Positions 20,974-30,079 of a stretch of DNA of 64,000 nt are shown here, one piece after another. How positions within the stretch are numbered: the first letter of the stretch is position 1; the number at the start of each line of letters is the position of its first letter. Source of the stretch: a virus (Duplodnaviria > Caudoviricetes); IMG/VR virus record IMGVR_UViG_3300011448_000001, positions 23,099-87,098 of that record; one strand, written 5' to 3'. The position numbers and the translations under genes were made by a program. The notes beneath the pieces are model-generated. The model was not told where the DNA came from. It saw only the letters and a list, made by a program, of their open reading frames with translations, and did not search any database.

Positions 20974-21008
20974 ATTATAAGGGGGAGCTTGGACTCTCCC
21001 CCTTAAAA

Positions 21009-21077
21009 ACTCAGCCAAGAAGAGTATAAAATAGTCACTGATGAGACTTGGACGAAACACAAATGTGTCTGACGTGA
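21009..21077 (+). ncRNA. Hammerhead-like ribozyme (type I variant)
   Basis: GTCA-CTGATGA-G..C-GAAA-CAC(AAAT)GTG-TC-TGAC: intact core, stems I and III, GUC cleavage triplet; stem II reduced to 1 bp. Confidence 0.6.
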
Positions 21078-21226
21078 ATAGCCATATTTTTTATGATTAT
21101 TTGTTTTTATTCATTCAAGGTTAGATTGTAGCATTGAATTGTAGTAAAATTCGTGAGAACTGTAGCTACATTATTTGGATTCGAAGACTCAAATGTAACC
21201 GTTCGTGAGAATAGTTACATTTATTT

Positions 21227-21310
21227 GCCTTTATGGCGGAATTGGTAGACGCGAGGGACTTAAAATCCCTTGTCCAGTTGGACGTGCAGGTTCGACTCCT
21301 GTTAGAGGCA
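21227..21310 (+). tRNA. trnL: tRNA-Leu(TAA)
   Basis: GCCTTTA/TAGAGGC acceptor, GGCGGAATTGGTAGACGC D-arm, AGGGA-CTTAAAA-TCCCT, long variable arm, GCAGG-TTCGACT-CCTGT. Confidence 0.93.
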
Positions 21311-21644
21311 CAACTTGTTGAATTGTCGTAATTTTAAATTGTATTGACTGAAAAGTATACATACTTTCAGTAAACAGTGGCTTCGGATGAAAGACCGTGG
21401 CATTTTCTTTATGCATTTTTTGTGAAGGGGTTTTTCGGTTTTCTTTAATCTTAAAGAAAATGGAAATAACTCTGACTGATATTAAAAAACTCAATAACAT
21501 CCCAAGACGTTGAGGGCACCGGTTTCTTGTTTGTAGCACAGATTATCTACCTATATAGATTACATTAGATGTAAAAGCTATAATAAACAAGTTTTAGGTG
21601 TAAAACGCGAGTTAATTAACATTATAAACAAAAACATTATCAAA

Positions 21645-22052
21645 ATGAGAAAAAGAACATTTTGGCTATCGTACATAATAGCCATGTTTGTTGTCATTAT
21701 GACAATGACTAAATGTACACCAGCATTAGCAGCTAATAAGCCGCCATGCAAAATAGACACATGTTTGGTTAATACAGAAAGTATACAAGCTTTCTATATA
21801 AAGACCAATCAGTCTACTGGAAAAGAAAATCGTTTCATGATCTACAGCGATGCAGATCAAGGAATAGATGATCTAATTCCAATTGCTTCAAGTGTTTATG
21901 AATACATTATGACATGTCATGCTACAAAAGTAGCACCACATCTCGGAATTGTGTTCAAAAACAACATACCGTCAAGAGTAATAAAATACAGAAAGATGGG
22001 CTGCAAACCACAAAAATTACCTGGAAAATTAATAATTTATAAAAAGAAATAA
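21645..22052 (+). CDS. Hypothetical secreted/membrane-anchored protein
   Basis: N-terminal signal-like hydrophobic segment. Confidence 0.65.
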   Translation: MRKRTFWLSYIIAMFVVIMTMTKCTPALAANKPPCKIDTCLVNTESIQAFYIKTNQSTGKENRFMIYSDADQGIDDLIPIASSVYEYIMTCHATKVAPHLGIVFKNNIPSRVIKYRKMGCKPQKLPGKLIIYKKK

Positions 22053-22054
22053 CT

Positions 22055-22294
22055 ATGAAAAAGGTAATTTTAACAACAACAAGGTTAATAATGTTCATAT
22101 TGTCAACCTGTGGAATAGCTTGTGGTGTTGTAACATCAATAATACTAATCATAAAAAGATTAGTTAGTGGTATTCCTTTTGACGAAAAAGAGATGATTGT
22201 ACTTTTCTTTACTTTATGTATTATATCTATATGGTATAACTACATAAAACTGTTCGACAAATACAAAGAATTAAAGGATGGAAAAAATAATTAA
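22055..22294 (+). CDS. Small 2-TM membrane protein
   Basis: Two hydrophobic helices; operon-coupled. Confidence 0.6.
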   Translation: MKKVILTTTRLIMFILSTCGIACGVVTSIILIIKRLVSGIPFDEKEMIVLFFTLCIISIWYNYIKLFDKYKELKDGKNN

Positions 22295-22472
22295 AGATTT
22301 AATGGACATATTAAATGCTGTCCAAAACAAAAGTAAATCTGAATTGCAATTTCATCCTTTATCTGTTTGTGGTTCAGGTACGAAATCAATTTACTCGGTA
22401 TCCATTCAAAATGGATATTGGGTAATTTATTCGTATAAAGAAAAGAAACAATACATAAGAAAAGTAGACTAA
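22278..22472 (+). CDS. Hypothetical protein
   Basis: Short ORF overlapping its neighbours in a tight operon. Confidence 0.55.
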   Translation: MEKIIKDLMDILNAVQNKSKSELQFHPLSVCGSGTKSIYSVSIQNGYWVIYSYKEKKQYIRKVD

Positions 22473-22473
22473 C

Positions 22474-22713
22474 ATGAAAGAAGCTATTAAAATCAAACCC
22501 AAAAGAGACTTTAATAAGTCATCTAAAGGTATTCCAGAAATAGCAAAAAAAGAGAATTATAGTATATTCTTCAAACACGATGGATGTACAATGACTCTCT
22601 TTTGCGGCTTAAGTATGGTAAATGCAAATATCCGGAAGTCCGCTCTGGAACGCATGTATAATGATTGGTGCGGACATTTTATAGTAACTAAAGGTAAAGC
22701 AAGACAAAAATGA
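22474..22713 (+). CDS. Hypothetical protein
   Basis: Short coupled ORF. Confidence 0.55.
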   Translation: MKEAIKIKPKRDFNKSSKGIPEIAKKENYSIFFKHDGCTMTLFCGLSMVNANIRKSALERMYNDWCGHFIVTKGKARQK

Positions 22714-23099
22714 ATATCATAATTAGAAAAAGAGGCAAAACTCTAAATAAAACCGTAGTTCAAAGAGCTGTTGAAAAAACAGCATTACTATTCCAAATAC
22801 TAATATCTTTGGAATCAAAAAAGAACACTACTGTTTACACATATCAATCTTTTAACGAAGATTTACAAATGTGTTATGTTAGATATTCTACATTTTGCTC
22901 CAAGCATATAGAAAGAGAAAACAACAAATATGAAACAGTAGTTAATCTATTATTCCAATTGCTTGTTAAACAAAGTTTAAGGCCTCTTATAGTAGAAAAG
23001 ATAAATATCTCTCTTGAAGCATCAAAACTTATAAAAGAAATGAATCTTTCTAAAAGCTTAAAACCTGAAGTGATTTATAGAATAATTTATAATGTTTAA
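22710..23099 (+). CDS. Hypothetical protein
   Basis: ATGA-coupled 129-aa ORF. Confidence 0.6.
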   Translation: MNIIIRKRGKTLNKTVVQRAVEKTALLFQILISLESKKNTTVYTYQSFNEDLQMCYVRYSTFCSKHIERENNKYETVVNLLFQLLVKQSLRPLIVEKINISLEASKLIKEMNLSKSLKPEVIYRIIYNV

Positions 23100-23583
23100 T
23101 TTAAAAAATTTATCAAAAATGAAAAAATCAATTTTTCTATTGTTGATGTCTTTTATAATGATGGCATCGACATCGTGTGAAAACCATCAAACTGCGTATG
23201 ACAACGGGTGGACTGAAGAAGATTCTGCCGTAGTACAAAACCTTATTGCTCAACAAACATCTCCTACGTTTGAGACAGCAGATGAGATTATTATGTTCCA
23301 AAACGACAGTAAAAATGTCGATGAGGAAAAAGTAATCTTTTACAGCATGAGCCCTCAAATGATAGATAGAGTAGCAAAAGTAGCATTTGCTAAAACAGAC
23401 ACAAAATTTATAACAATACACGATATTGTGTCTGAATATATTGCTAACTTTGATGTATACTCCAATTTAGTTGATCGGGGAGAAAAGAAACCTGATCCAG
23501 GAATAGCTGTAGGAATACCACACGAACATCAGCAAGACACAAAAGACACAACGTCAACACAGATTACAAACCTAATTAAATAA
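23092..23583 (+). CDS. Putative lipoprotein
   Basis: MKKSIFLLLMSFIMMASTS-C-ENH lipoprotein signal (likely start at the second Met). Confidence 0.7.
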   Translation: MFNLKNLSKMKKSIFLLLMSFIMMASTSCENHQTAYDNGWTEEDSAVVQNLIAQQTSPTFETADEIIMFQNDSKNVDEEKVIFYSMSPQMIDRVAKVAFAKTDTKFITIHDIVSEYIANFDVYSNLVDRGEKKPDPGIAVGIPHEHQQDTKDTTSTQITNLIK

Positions 23584-23590
23584 ACGCAAC

Positions 23591-24058
23591 ATGAAAGGAA
23601 TAGTAATTCTGTGTAACACAAAGAAAGAGCTTACAGACAAGCTTATCTGTTCAATTGGTGAAACAATTGGAAAGAACATTAAACCTGATTCTTTTACTAT
23701 TTCAGTACTATCTGAAGTAGAGGTAATAAATACAATCGCTAACGGTGGAATGTATTATAACCCACAACTTATAAAGAGTCAGAACGAACTGGAAACTTCA
23801 GTAGAATTTATTATAAGTTCTACAAAACCAGAAACTTCTCAGTTTGAAGAGAGAATCAACGGAATCTTCAGCAACATTTTGATCCGTGGAGAAAAAGGTT
23901 TAACAAAAGAACAAGAACGTTTTGTTGAAGCTTTAAAAGTAATCATAAAACACTACGAAGATGGTGATTATGTATTACTTGCAAAGAGCAGACTTCTTGA
24001 CAAAATGGATGTTCTCAAACGTATTTATGGTGTATTTAAAGCATACAATTATGTCTAG
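23591..24058 (+). CDS. Hypothetical protein (ends in TAG)
   Basis: 155-aa ORF; a TAA follows 10 codons after the TAG. Confidence 0.7.
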   Translation: MKGIVILCNTKKELTDKLICSIGETIGKNIKPDSFTISVLSEVEVINTIANGGMYYNPQLIKSQNELETSVEFIISSTKPETSQFEERINGIFSNILIRGEKGLTKEQERFVEALKVIIKHYEDGDYVLLAKSRLLDKMDVLKRIYGVFKAYNYV

Positions 24059-24135
24059 AACATACAAAGAAGTAAAACCTTACGCTAAATCTCACAGAAG
24101 AAGCGTAACTCCTTATAAACGAACAAAATATCAAT

Positions 24136-24408
24136 ATGAAGAAGACGAAGATTAACTGTTTTTCGTTTGATACAATAGAAACTTTCAATAATGGAAACAA
24201 AATTGAAAAAATAGTTAAAACTCATAAATACCCTACAGCAAGAGAAGCGACAAAGGCACGAAATGCTTTTATTGCCCACACCCGCTGTAGGGATGGAGCA
24301 AAAAACAAAACTATAACGTATCAAACGTTTGATTACAAAACAGAAAAACTAAAAAAGGTAACAGTATCTATACCTAAATATAAAGTAGGTACACTCGAGA
24401 ACAATTAA
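24136..24408 (+). CDS. Hypothetical basic protein
   Basis: 90-aa ORF. Confidence 0.55.
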   Translation: MKKTKINCFSFDTIETFNNGNKIEKIVKTHKYPTAREATKARNAFIAHTRCRDGAKNKTITYQTFDYKTEKLKKVTVSIPKYKVGTLENN

Positions 24409-24436
24409 CATTTTTAACCAATTAAATCAATTAATT

Positions 24437-24937
24437 ATGGGAAAGAACAAAAACGCCGCACAGGCACCAGTAGAGAACAAGACAGCAGTAGAGAACAAGC
24501 CAGCAACAGGTACACAGGCACCTGAGACAGACATCGAGGCACAGATCAAGGAGAAGAACTCCCTTAACGCAGAGTATTTCAACGAGGCAGCAGAGGCAAT
24601 TGCCAAAGAGCGCAAGGATACTGCAGTTGCAGAGGCTAAACAGCTTCTTGCTCGTGCAGAGTTTACTAACGCAGCAGCATTACTTGGACTCCGCTTACAG
24701 AGAGCTCGTGAAAAAGCTGTTAAAGCGTTCCTCAACAGTTCAAAAGAACTTCTTGAGGAAGCAAAGGCTGGTAAACTTACCAAGATCGAGACAGACAAGA
24801 AGTTTGACGAACTAATTGGTGAGAAGGACAAAGCGCTTACAGAAGCACGTGGTAATTACAACGATGCTATGCGTGAGCTTAAGCGTAACTTCAACCGCTG
24901 GGAGTGTTGGAGCTGGGAAATCAACTGGGGGTTCTAA
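24437..24937 (+). CDS. Coiled-coil hypothetical protein
   Basis: Ala/Glu/Lys-rich heptads; higher-GC codon usage typical of highly expressed genes in this window. Confidence 0.8.
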   Translation: MGKNKNAAQAPVENKTAVENKPATGTQAPETDIEAQIKEKNSLNAEYFNEAAEAIAKERKDTAVAEAKQLLARAEFTNAAALLGLRLQRAREKAVKAFLNSSKELLEEAKAGKLTKIETDKKFDELIGEKDKALTEARGNYNDAMRELKRNFNRWECWSWEINWGF

Positions 24938-25429
24938 GATTTTCGTCAGTACATCATGTACAAAATCAGAAGGGAGAATCCTAGATAAGAACCTTTGAGT
25001 CAATGTCTAAAATGTACGAGGGAAGGGAATATGTGCATACATAGCTGATGCATAGTTGAGAAATTGAACTACATTTTCTATGAATTAACATAGAGTTATA
25101 CGAGCCACCGAGCCATTATAACGGACACCTCCATACCGAAAACACGGTATAGAAAAATATGTATTCGGGTCAACCTATGGTAAATCGAGTCATTGAACCT
25201 TATTATATCTCTAAAAGAGCTCTATAATTATTTACTAATATCAAGAATACTAATAATGCCGACAAGAGCCTTTGAGTCACGTCACTAGCATTTGTACAAA
25301 TTTACGTTCTAAGCACTTTTTATTATGCAGCAGTATAAACTGTAAACATGTATAGTAAAAGTGTCTTAGAACGCTTATAAAGTACTTTATATCGAATGTT
25401 TACATTTGACCCTGTAAGCATTCACAAAA

Positions 25430-25730
25430 AAAGGATCGCTTGAGTGTGATGTAAATATGCAAGACGAGGGTTCGACTCCCTCTAGCTCCACAAAACCAAT
25501 CAAAAAGGCAAGAATCAAAACTCTAAAAATAGGCACCTACTAGGAGACAGCCCACTTGGTGTAGAGAAGCACATTTTGATTGGTTCTATATAAGGGGCTA
25601 TATGGCATTTGATTGCATAGGAGATAAACACGAGATCAACATAAAAACAAACGACAATAGTAATATTGTTGACTATACTTGCGTAGCGTAAGTAAATGTC
25701 TGAGGTAGCTGTACCAATAACCGAAAACAG
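25430..25730 (+). ncRNA. ssrA: Circularly permuted (two-piece) tmRNA; outer boundaries approximate
   Basis: The 3' module TATGCAA-GAC-GAGGG-TTCGACT-CCCTC-TAGCTCC-A (25456-90) precedes the 5' module GGGGCTA-TATGGCATTTGA-TTGCATA (25594-619). G3-U70 pair. Tag ORF 25647-25691. Confidence 0.85.
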
Positions 25731-25733
25731 CAA

Positions 25734-25787
25734 GGAGAGATTGGATAAGGTAACACTTAAAGAGTTCGAATCTCTTTCTCTCCTCCG
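25734..25787 (+). ncRNA. Anticodon-less mini-tRNA-like element C
   Basis: GGAGAGA/TCTCTCC 7-bp acceptor-like stem, 19-nt linker, AAGAG-TTCGAAT-CTCTT T-arm, 3' TCCG. Confidence 0.65.
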
Positions 25788-25821
25788 TTAACTTAATACA
25801 AATTATCAAAATTTAAACAAC

Positions 25822-26172
25822 ATGAAAAGATTAGAACAAAAAGATCTGATGCACATAAAAGGTGGATACAGAGAACAGATACGAATAATTGTATCTGAGT
25901 GTGAGCCACTTAACCGTGCTTTACTGTTGACAAGAATGAAAAACAACTTCATCAGTATGCTTTATGACGTATCAATAAAACCATACGTCATGCAAAAAGA
26001 CAAATTAAACACAATTTGCTGCTTTATAAACCAGTTTAATTGTGATTGTGTCGAAAATGAAGATGCATATTCTTTCTATCGCTATTTGATAGCACCTGTA
26101 TATGACACTATGTCTACTATGAATAAAGAAATCTTAAACGAAATTGGTAATATTATACTAAAAAATGGATAA
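25822..26172 (+). CDS. Hypothetical protein
   Basis: 116-aa ORF. Confidence 0.65.
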   Translation: MKRLEQKDLMHIKGGYREQIRIIVSECEPLNRALLLTRMKNNFISMLYDVSIKPYVMQKDKLNTICCFINQFNCDCVENEDAYSFYRYLIAPVYDTMSTMNKEILNEIGNIILKNG

Positions 26173-26638
26173 GATTTCAGAGTTTCCAATCGAAACAGGA
26201 ACATATGTTGCTGTTAGTAAAGGCATAATTGCATTATGCAAGATTATCGGATTATATCCGATGTTAGAGATAAAAGAGGTATTAAATATAACAAAATTCT
26301 TTGACTTGTTAGAACCAAAAACTAACATTTCAGACAAAGAATTAAAAAATTCATTATCTTTAGACAGAGAAAATTGGATGTTCTTTAACCTCAAGTGTTT
26401 AACAAGTACAGACGGATTGAAAGCAAGTGCCTTCTATCGTGAATGTGAAATAAACTATGACGAAAGTCTAGATTTGTTTAAAATGTACTGTCGTCTTATA
26501 AGAGATGGTATAAGTGGACTCAAAATGATAGATATTATTAGAGTACGAACAAACTGCACACGAGACGAAGCATTAAAACTAGTAAATCACTTTGACGAAA
26601 AAGTATATGCATACAGAAGAAGTGGGCCGGTGTTGTAA
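26165..26638 (+). CDS. Hypothetical protein
   Basis: 157-aa coupled ORF. Confidence 0.65.
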   Translation: MDKISEFPIETGTYVAVSKGIIALCKIIGLYPMLEIKEVLNITKFFDLLEPKTNISDKELKNSLSLDRENWMFFNLKCLTSTDGLKASAFYRECEINYDESLDLFKMYCRLIRDGISGLKMIDIIRVRTNCTRDEALKLVNHFDEKVYAYRRSGPVL

Positions 26639-26966
26639 CCAAACACTTACACCAATATGTATTATATTTGGAGTAAAGATTTATAAATGTAGTAATCCAG
26701 AAAAACTTTATGAATGGTTAAATTGGACCAATAGTAAAATATTTTGGAGATTACAAGAATTTATCGATGCTCCAGATGTAACTCGTATACAAACAATATA
26801 CACGATGACTACAGATGTTTTAATAAGAATATCTTGTAGTATGTTAACAACAAAAGTTAATCTAACAAGAGAAACTATGGCAGAATTATTAAATGCGGTA
26901 TCGTGGACATATTATCACCGTGTAAGAGAAATATACGAAAAAACACAAGCAGAATTACCGTTTTAA
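26592..26966 (+). CDS. Hypothetical protein (start uncertain)
   Basis: ORF ending ELPF. Confidence 0.55.
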   Translation: MTKKYMHTEEVGRCCNQTLTPICIIFGVKIYKCSNPEKLYEWLNWTNSKIFWRLQEFIDAPDVTRIQTIYTMTTDVLIRISCSMLTTKVNLTRETMAELLNAVSWTYYHRVREIYEKTQAELPF

Positions 26967-27017
26967 GAGCTAGCATCTCATACGTCAGTGACAGACTAAT
27001 AACTGCTATAAAATGAT

Positions 27018-27575
27018 ATGGAAAATCGAAAAAATATAACGCAAGAAGAGATTGACCTTATCAAAAGAGCACAAAGCGGAAGCATTTCTGCATTTAACCA
27101 GATATTTTATAAATACAAATATTTTGTAGAATCTATTCTCTTATCATATATAAAAGATAAAGATGAAGCGCGAGATATCACAAATATTGTATTTTGTAAA
27201 ATATACGATAAACTACCAAAATTCAAAGAATACAACTCGTTTGGTGGTTGGTTAAGAATCTTAACAAAAAATACTGCTATAGATTATCTACGTACAGTAA
27301 AAGTAAATTTCACAAGTATAGATGACGAAGAGTCTGATATTCAATTAGAAACAGGTGAATCTGAAGAAGATTTGGCCAATCTTCTAACGTTTGATTACGT
27401 AAGAGACATTATATCTAAAATGGATTCAACAAAACGTCAAATCTTTACAATGTATTATGTAGATCATCACACAATTAGTAGTATATCTAAGCGTTTATTG
27501 GTACCTGAAGGAACTATTAAGTCTCTTCTATATAGGTTCCGTAAACAAGTTTTTAAACATTTAAAGTTAAACTGA
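27018..27575 (+). CDS. ECF-type RNA polymerase sigma-70 family factor
   Basis: Region 2 (AFNQIF...DEARDITNIVF...FGGWLRILTKNTAIDYLR) and region 4 HTH (TISSISKRLLVPEGTIKSLLYR). Confidence 0.92.
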   Translation: MENRKNITQEEIDLIKRAQSGSISAFNQIFYKYKYFVESILLSYIKDKDEARDITNIVFCKIYDKLPKFKEYNSFGGWLRILTKNTAIDYLRTVKVNFTSIDDEESDIQLETGESEEDLANLLTFDYVRDIISKMDSTKRQIFTMYYVDHHTISSISKRLLVPEGTIKSLLYRFRKQVFKHLKLN

Positions 27576-27576
27576 T

Positions 27577-27942
27577 ATGCAAACATTCTCATTACTGTGT
27601 CTAGGAATCGTGACAATAGTTTTGATTGCTCGCATGAGTAAATCTAATAAACTATTCTGGACACTCGTATTAAGTATGTTAGCAGGTTTTATGGGAGGTA
27701 CAATTGCATCTAATGCAAAAGTACAAAACAAAAAGGTTGTGAAAGTGATACAATCACCACAAATGACTACTACACAAACAACACTTTTTACCATTACTGA
27801 AAACGAACCAACAACCGTAAAAAGTAATGATAAAAAAGTAACCGTTACGTGTGAAAAAAAAGTATCATTAGTAACAACCGATTCTCATAAAATAGAAGCT
27901 AACAAGTTTAGAGATCAAGTAATACCGTTTGACACATCATGA
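27577..27942 (+). CDS. Membrane protein directly after the sigma factor
   Basis: Two N-terminal TM segments and a Thr-rich tail. Confidence 0.65.
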   Translation: MQTFSLLCLGIVTIVLIARMSKSNKLFWTLVLSMLAGFMGGTIASNAKVQNKKVVKVIQSPQMTTTQTTLFTITENEPTTVKSNDKKVTVTCEKKVSLVTTDSHKIEANKFRDQVIPFDTS

Positions 27943-28035
27943 ACAAACAATACATCTATTGTTCAACGATATCAAATCGCAAATCTTGAGAAAAATTATC
28001 AAAATTTAATTTAACCATTTAAAATCAATTTAATT

Positions 28036-29508
28036 ATGGGAAAGAATAAGAAGACAACAACTGCAAAGAATAATGCAACACAAACTCAGCAGAAACCTGT
28101 TGAGAATAAAGTAGATAACAAGCAGGAGACACCAGAGGTACCTATAGCAGAAGCTCAGGTGATTGATCACAACCCAATGGTATCTGGTATGATTAACGAA
28201 GCAATGGTAGCTCCTCCATCTGGAAAGTCGTTGTCACCAGATGCAGCAGCAATGCTTGCGTATACTATGCAACGCAAATTCTTTGACGATCCTAAGTCAA
28301 GAGACCGTTATCCGCAAACGTTCTTGGACAACATGTCAGCGGTACAAGACGGTCTGATAGTAGGAACTATTATTCAGGAGGTTGTAACAACAAACAGCCC
28401 ACTGTCTCTAATCATTCGTAAGGGATCTTACAACCAGCTTCGTGCAATTGCATCAGATTATGGTGTGAAACTGCCAGAAGTTAACAAGCTTGCACTTCCT
28501 ACTAAGGAAGAGCTTAAGGCTATGGAAGCTTTTGGTATTACACAGACAGATGACGGTCAACTTAAAATTCCATTTACACCAGAAGATGTAGATGATAACA
28601 CAAAGAAGCAGATCGCTCACGAAGAGAAAATCCGCAAAACAGAGGTTGAAATGGATCCTAAGAAGATCACAACCGACGAACAAGCAGCAGCAGCTCTTGA
28701 GAAGATTTATGCAAATCGAAACATCAAAGGCGGTATTCATGTAGTATTACTTAATGCAATTCATTTCGTAAAAGAATATCGTTTTGCTGAGGCTGAACGT
28801 AAGAACGATCAGAACATGTGTTGCGCTCTTGAGTCACGCACAATCAACGATTGGCTTGTAGATACTATTAGTATCAAAGAACCACTGTTGATCCTTAAGA
28901 ACGTAACTGCAGCTATGTGTAGAGCCGTTGAAAAGACAGAAGCACCTATAAGTGCATTCTTGTCATTCCGTAGTGCTATCACAAAGGATGGCGTATGCCC
29001 ATTGTCTGATACAGAAATTGCAGCAATGGTTAAGGCACTTATCTCTTGGTATGTTGAGTTTATGTGTGCAGAGTACAATTCTCAGCTTACTTCTTCTAAG
29101 AAGATGACTCAGAAGACAAAAGAGACCGTTCAGGAAGCTCTTGAGACTCTTAAGGAGGTTAAGAAGAACCTGACAGAATTCGATACAGAAACTATCGAAA
29201 AGATGCCAGATCCAACCACAGCAGAATCTGATGCAAACACAAAGATGTTGTATTACTTCACAAGATCTCAGTATTTTGCAAAGGATTGCTCCGGCAAGAA
29301 GAGTCCTGAGACATACTTCACAAACCTTAAGTACAATGTGTGGAATAAGATTGCAGAAATTGCGAACATGTTCCTTACAGAATCCAACCAGATTGAGGAT
29401 ATGGGAGATCAGAATATCCTTGACCTGGAAATAGCCAATCAGGAAAATAACGACGAACCTGGTAACGAAGGTACGAAAGAAGATACAGGAGAGACAAAAA
29501 AAAACTAA
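28036..29508 (+). CDS. Hypothetical protein (490 aa)
   Basis: Long intact ORF, no recognised motif. Confidence 0.85.
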   Translation: MGKNKKTTTAKNNATQTQQKPVENKVDNKQETPEVPIAEAQVIDHNPMVSGMINEAMVAPPSGKSLSPDAAAMLAYTMQRKFFDDPKSRDRYPQTFLDNMSAVQDGLIVGTIIQEVVTTNSPLSLIIRKGSYNQLRAIASDYGVKLPEVNKLALPTKEELKAMEAFGITQTDDGQLKIPFTPEDVDDNTKKQIAHEEKIRKTEVEMDPKKITTDEQAAAALEKIYANRNIKGGIHVVLLNAIHFVKEYRFAEAERKNDQNMCCALESRTINDWLVDTISIKEPLLILKNVTAAMCRAVEKTEAPISAFLSFRSAITKDGVCPLSDTEIAAMVKALISWYVEFMCAEYNSQLTSSKKMTQKTKETVQEALETLKEVKKNLTEFDTETIEKMPDPTTAESDANTKMLYYFTRSQYFAKDCSGKKSPETYFTNLKYNVWNKIAEIANMFLTESNQIEDMGDQNILDLEIANQENNDEPGNEGTKEDTGETKKN

Positions 29509-29688
29509 TGACGGGTACTTCTCGTGCCTTAGAGAAGATAACTGCCCATTTAAAGGCAACCCACACGTCTTTTACGAAACCAAAATCTGTAATAGTACAA
29601 TTCGTCAGAAATGTATCTTCTATGACCCAAAAAGTCCTAGGAGTACAGAAAATAGAGTACGTAGGAGATAATTAAAATCATTATCAAA

Positions 29689-30078
29689 ATGAAAACACTA
29701 AAAACAATAATGTGTGCTGCGTTATTAACATTCGGATGGATTGTTGGTACACATGACGACACATCATTAAAAGCAGAAGATCCACCAGACTTTAATTTTA
29801 CGATACCTGTAGATTTTCAGGCATCGTTTCTGAAAAAGACTGTGGAAAGTCTTACTAAAGAACTTGAAAGTAATGCACGGGTCGATACCGTGATAGTAAA
29901 CAAAACAAAACACGTGAAGGTTAAGGTACCTTATCGTGTAGTAGAACGTGACACTTCGTATGTGCCCGTTGTACTCATTATAACACCTGGGAATCGTAAA
30001 GAGCATATCCCTGATAGCATACCAACGCTACCAAAACACGATAGTTGCTCTCATGACAGTATAGATACGTCTATATGA
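29689..30078 (+). CDS. Hypothetical secreted protein
   Basis: Signal-peptide-like N-terminus. Confidence 0.7.
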   Translation: MKTLKTIMCAALLTFGWIVGTHDDTSLKAEDPPDFNFTIPVDFQASFLKKTVESLTKELESNARVDTVIVNKTKHVKVKVPYRVVERDTSYVPVVLIITPGNRKEHIPDSIPTLPKHDSCSHDSIDTSI

Positions 30079-30079
30079 G

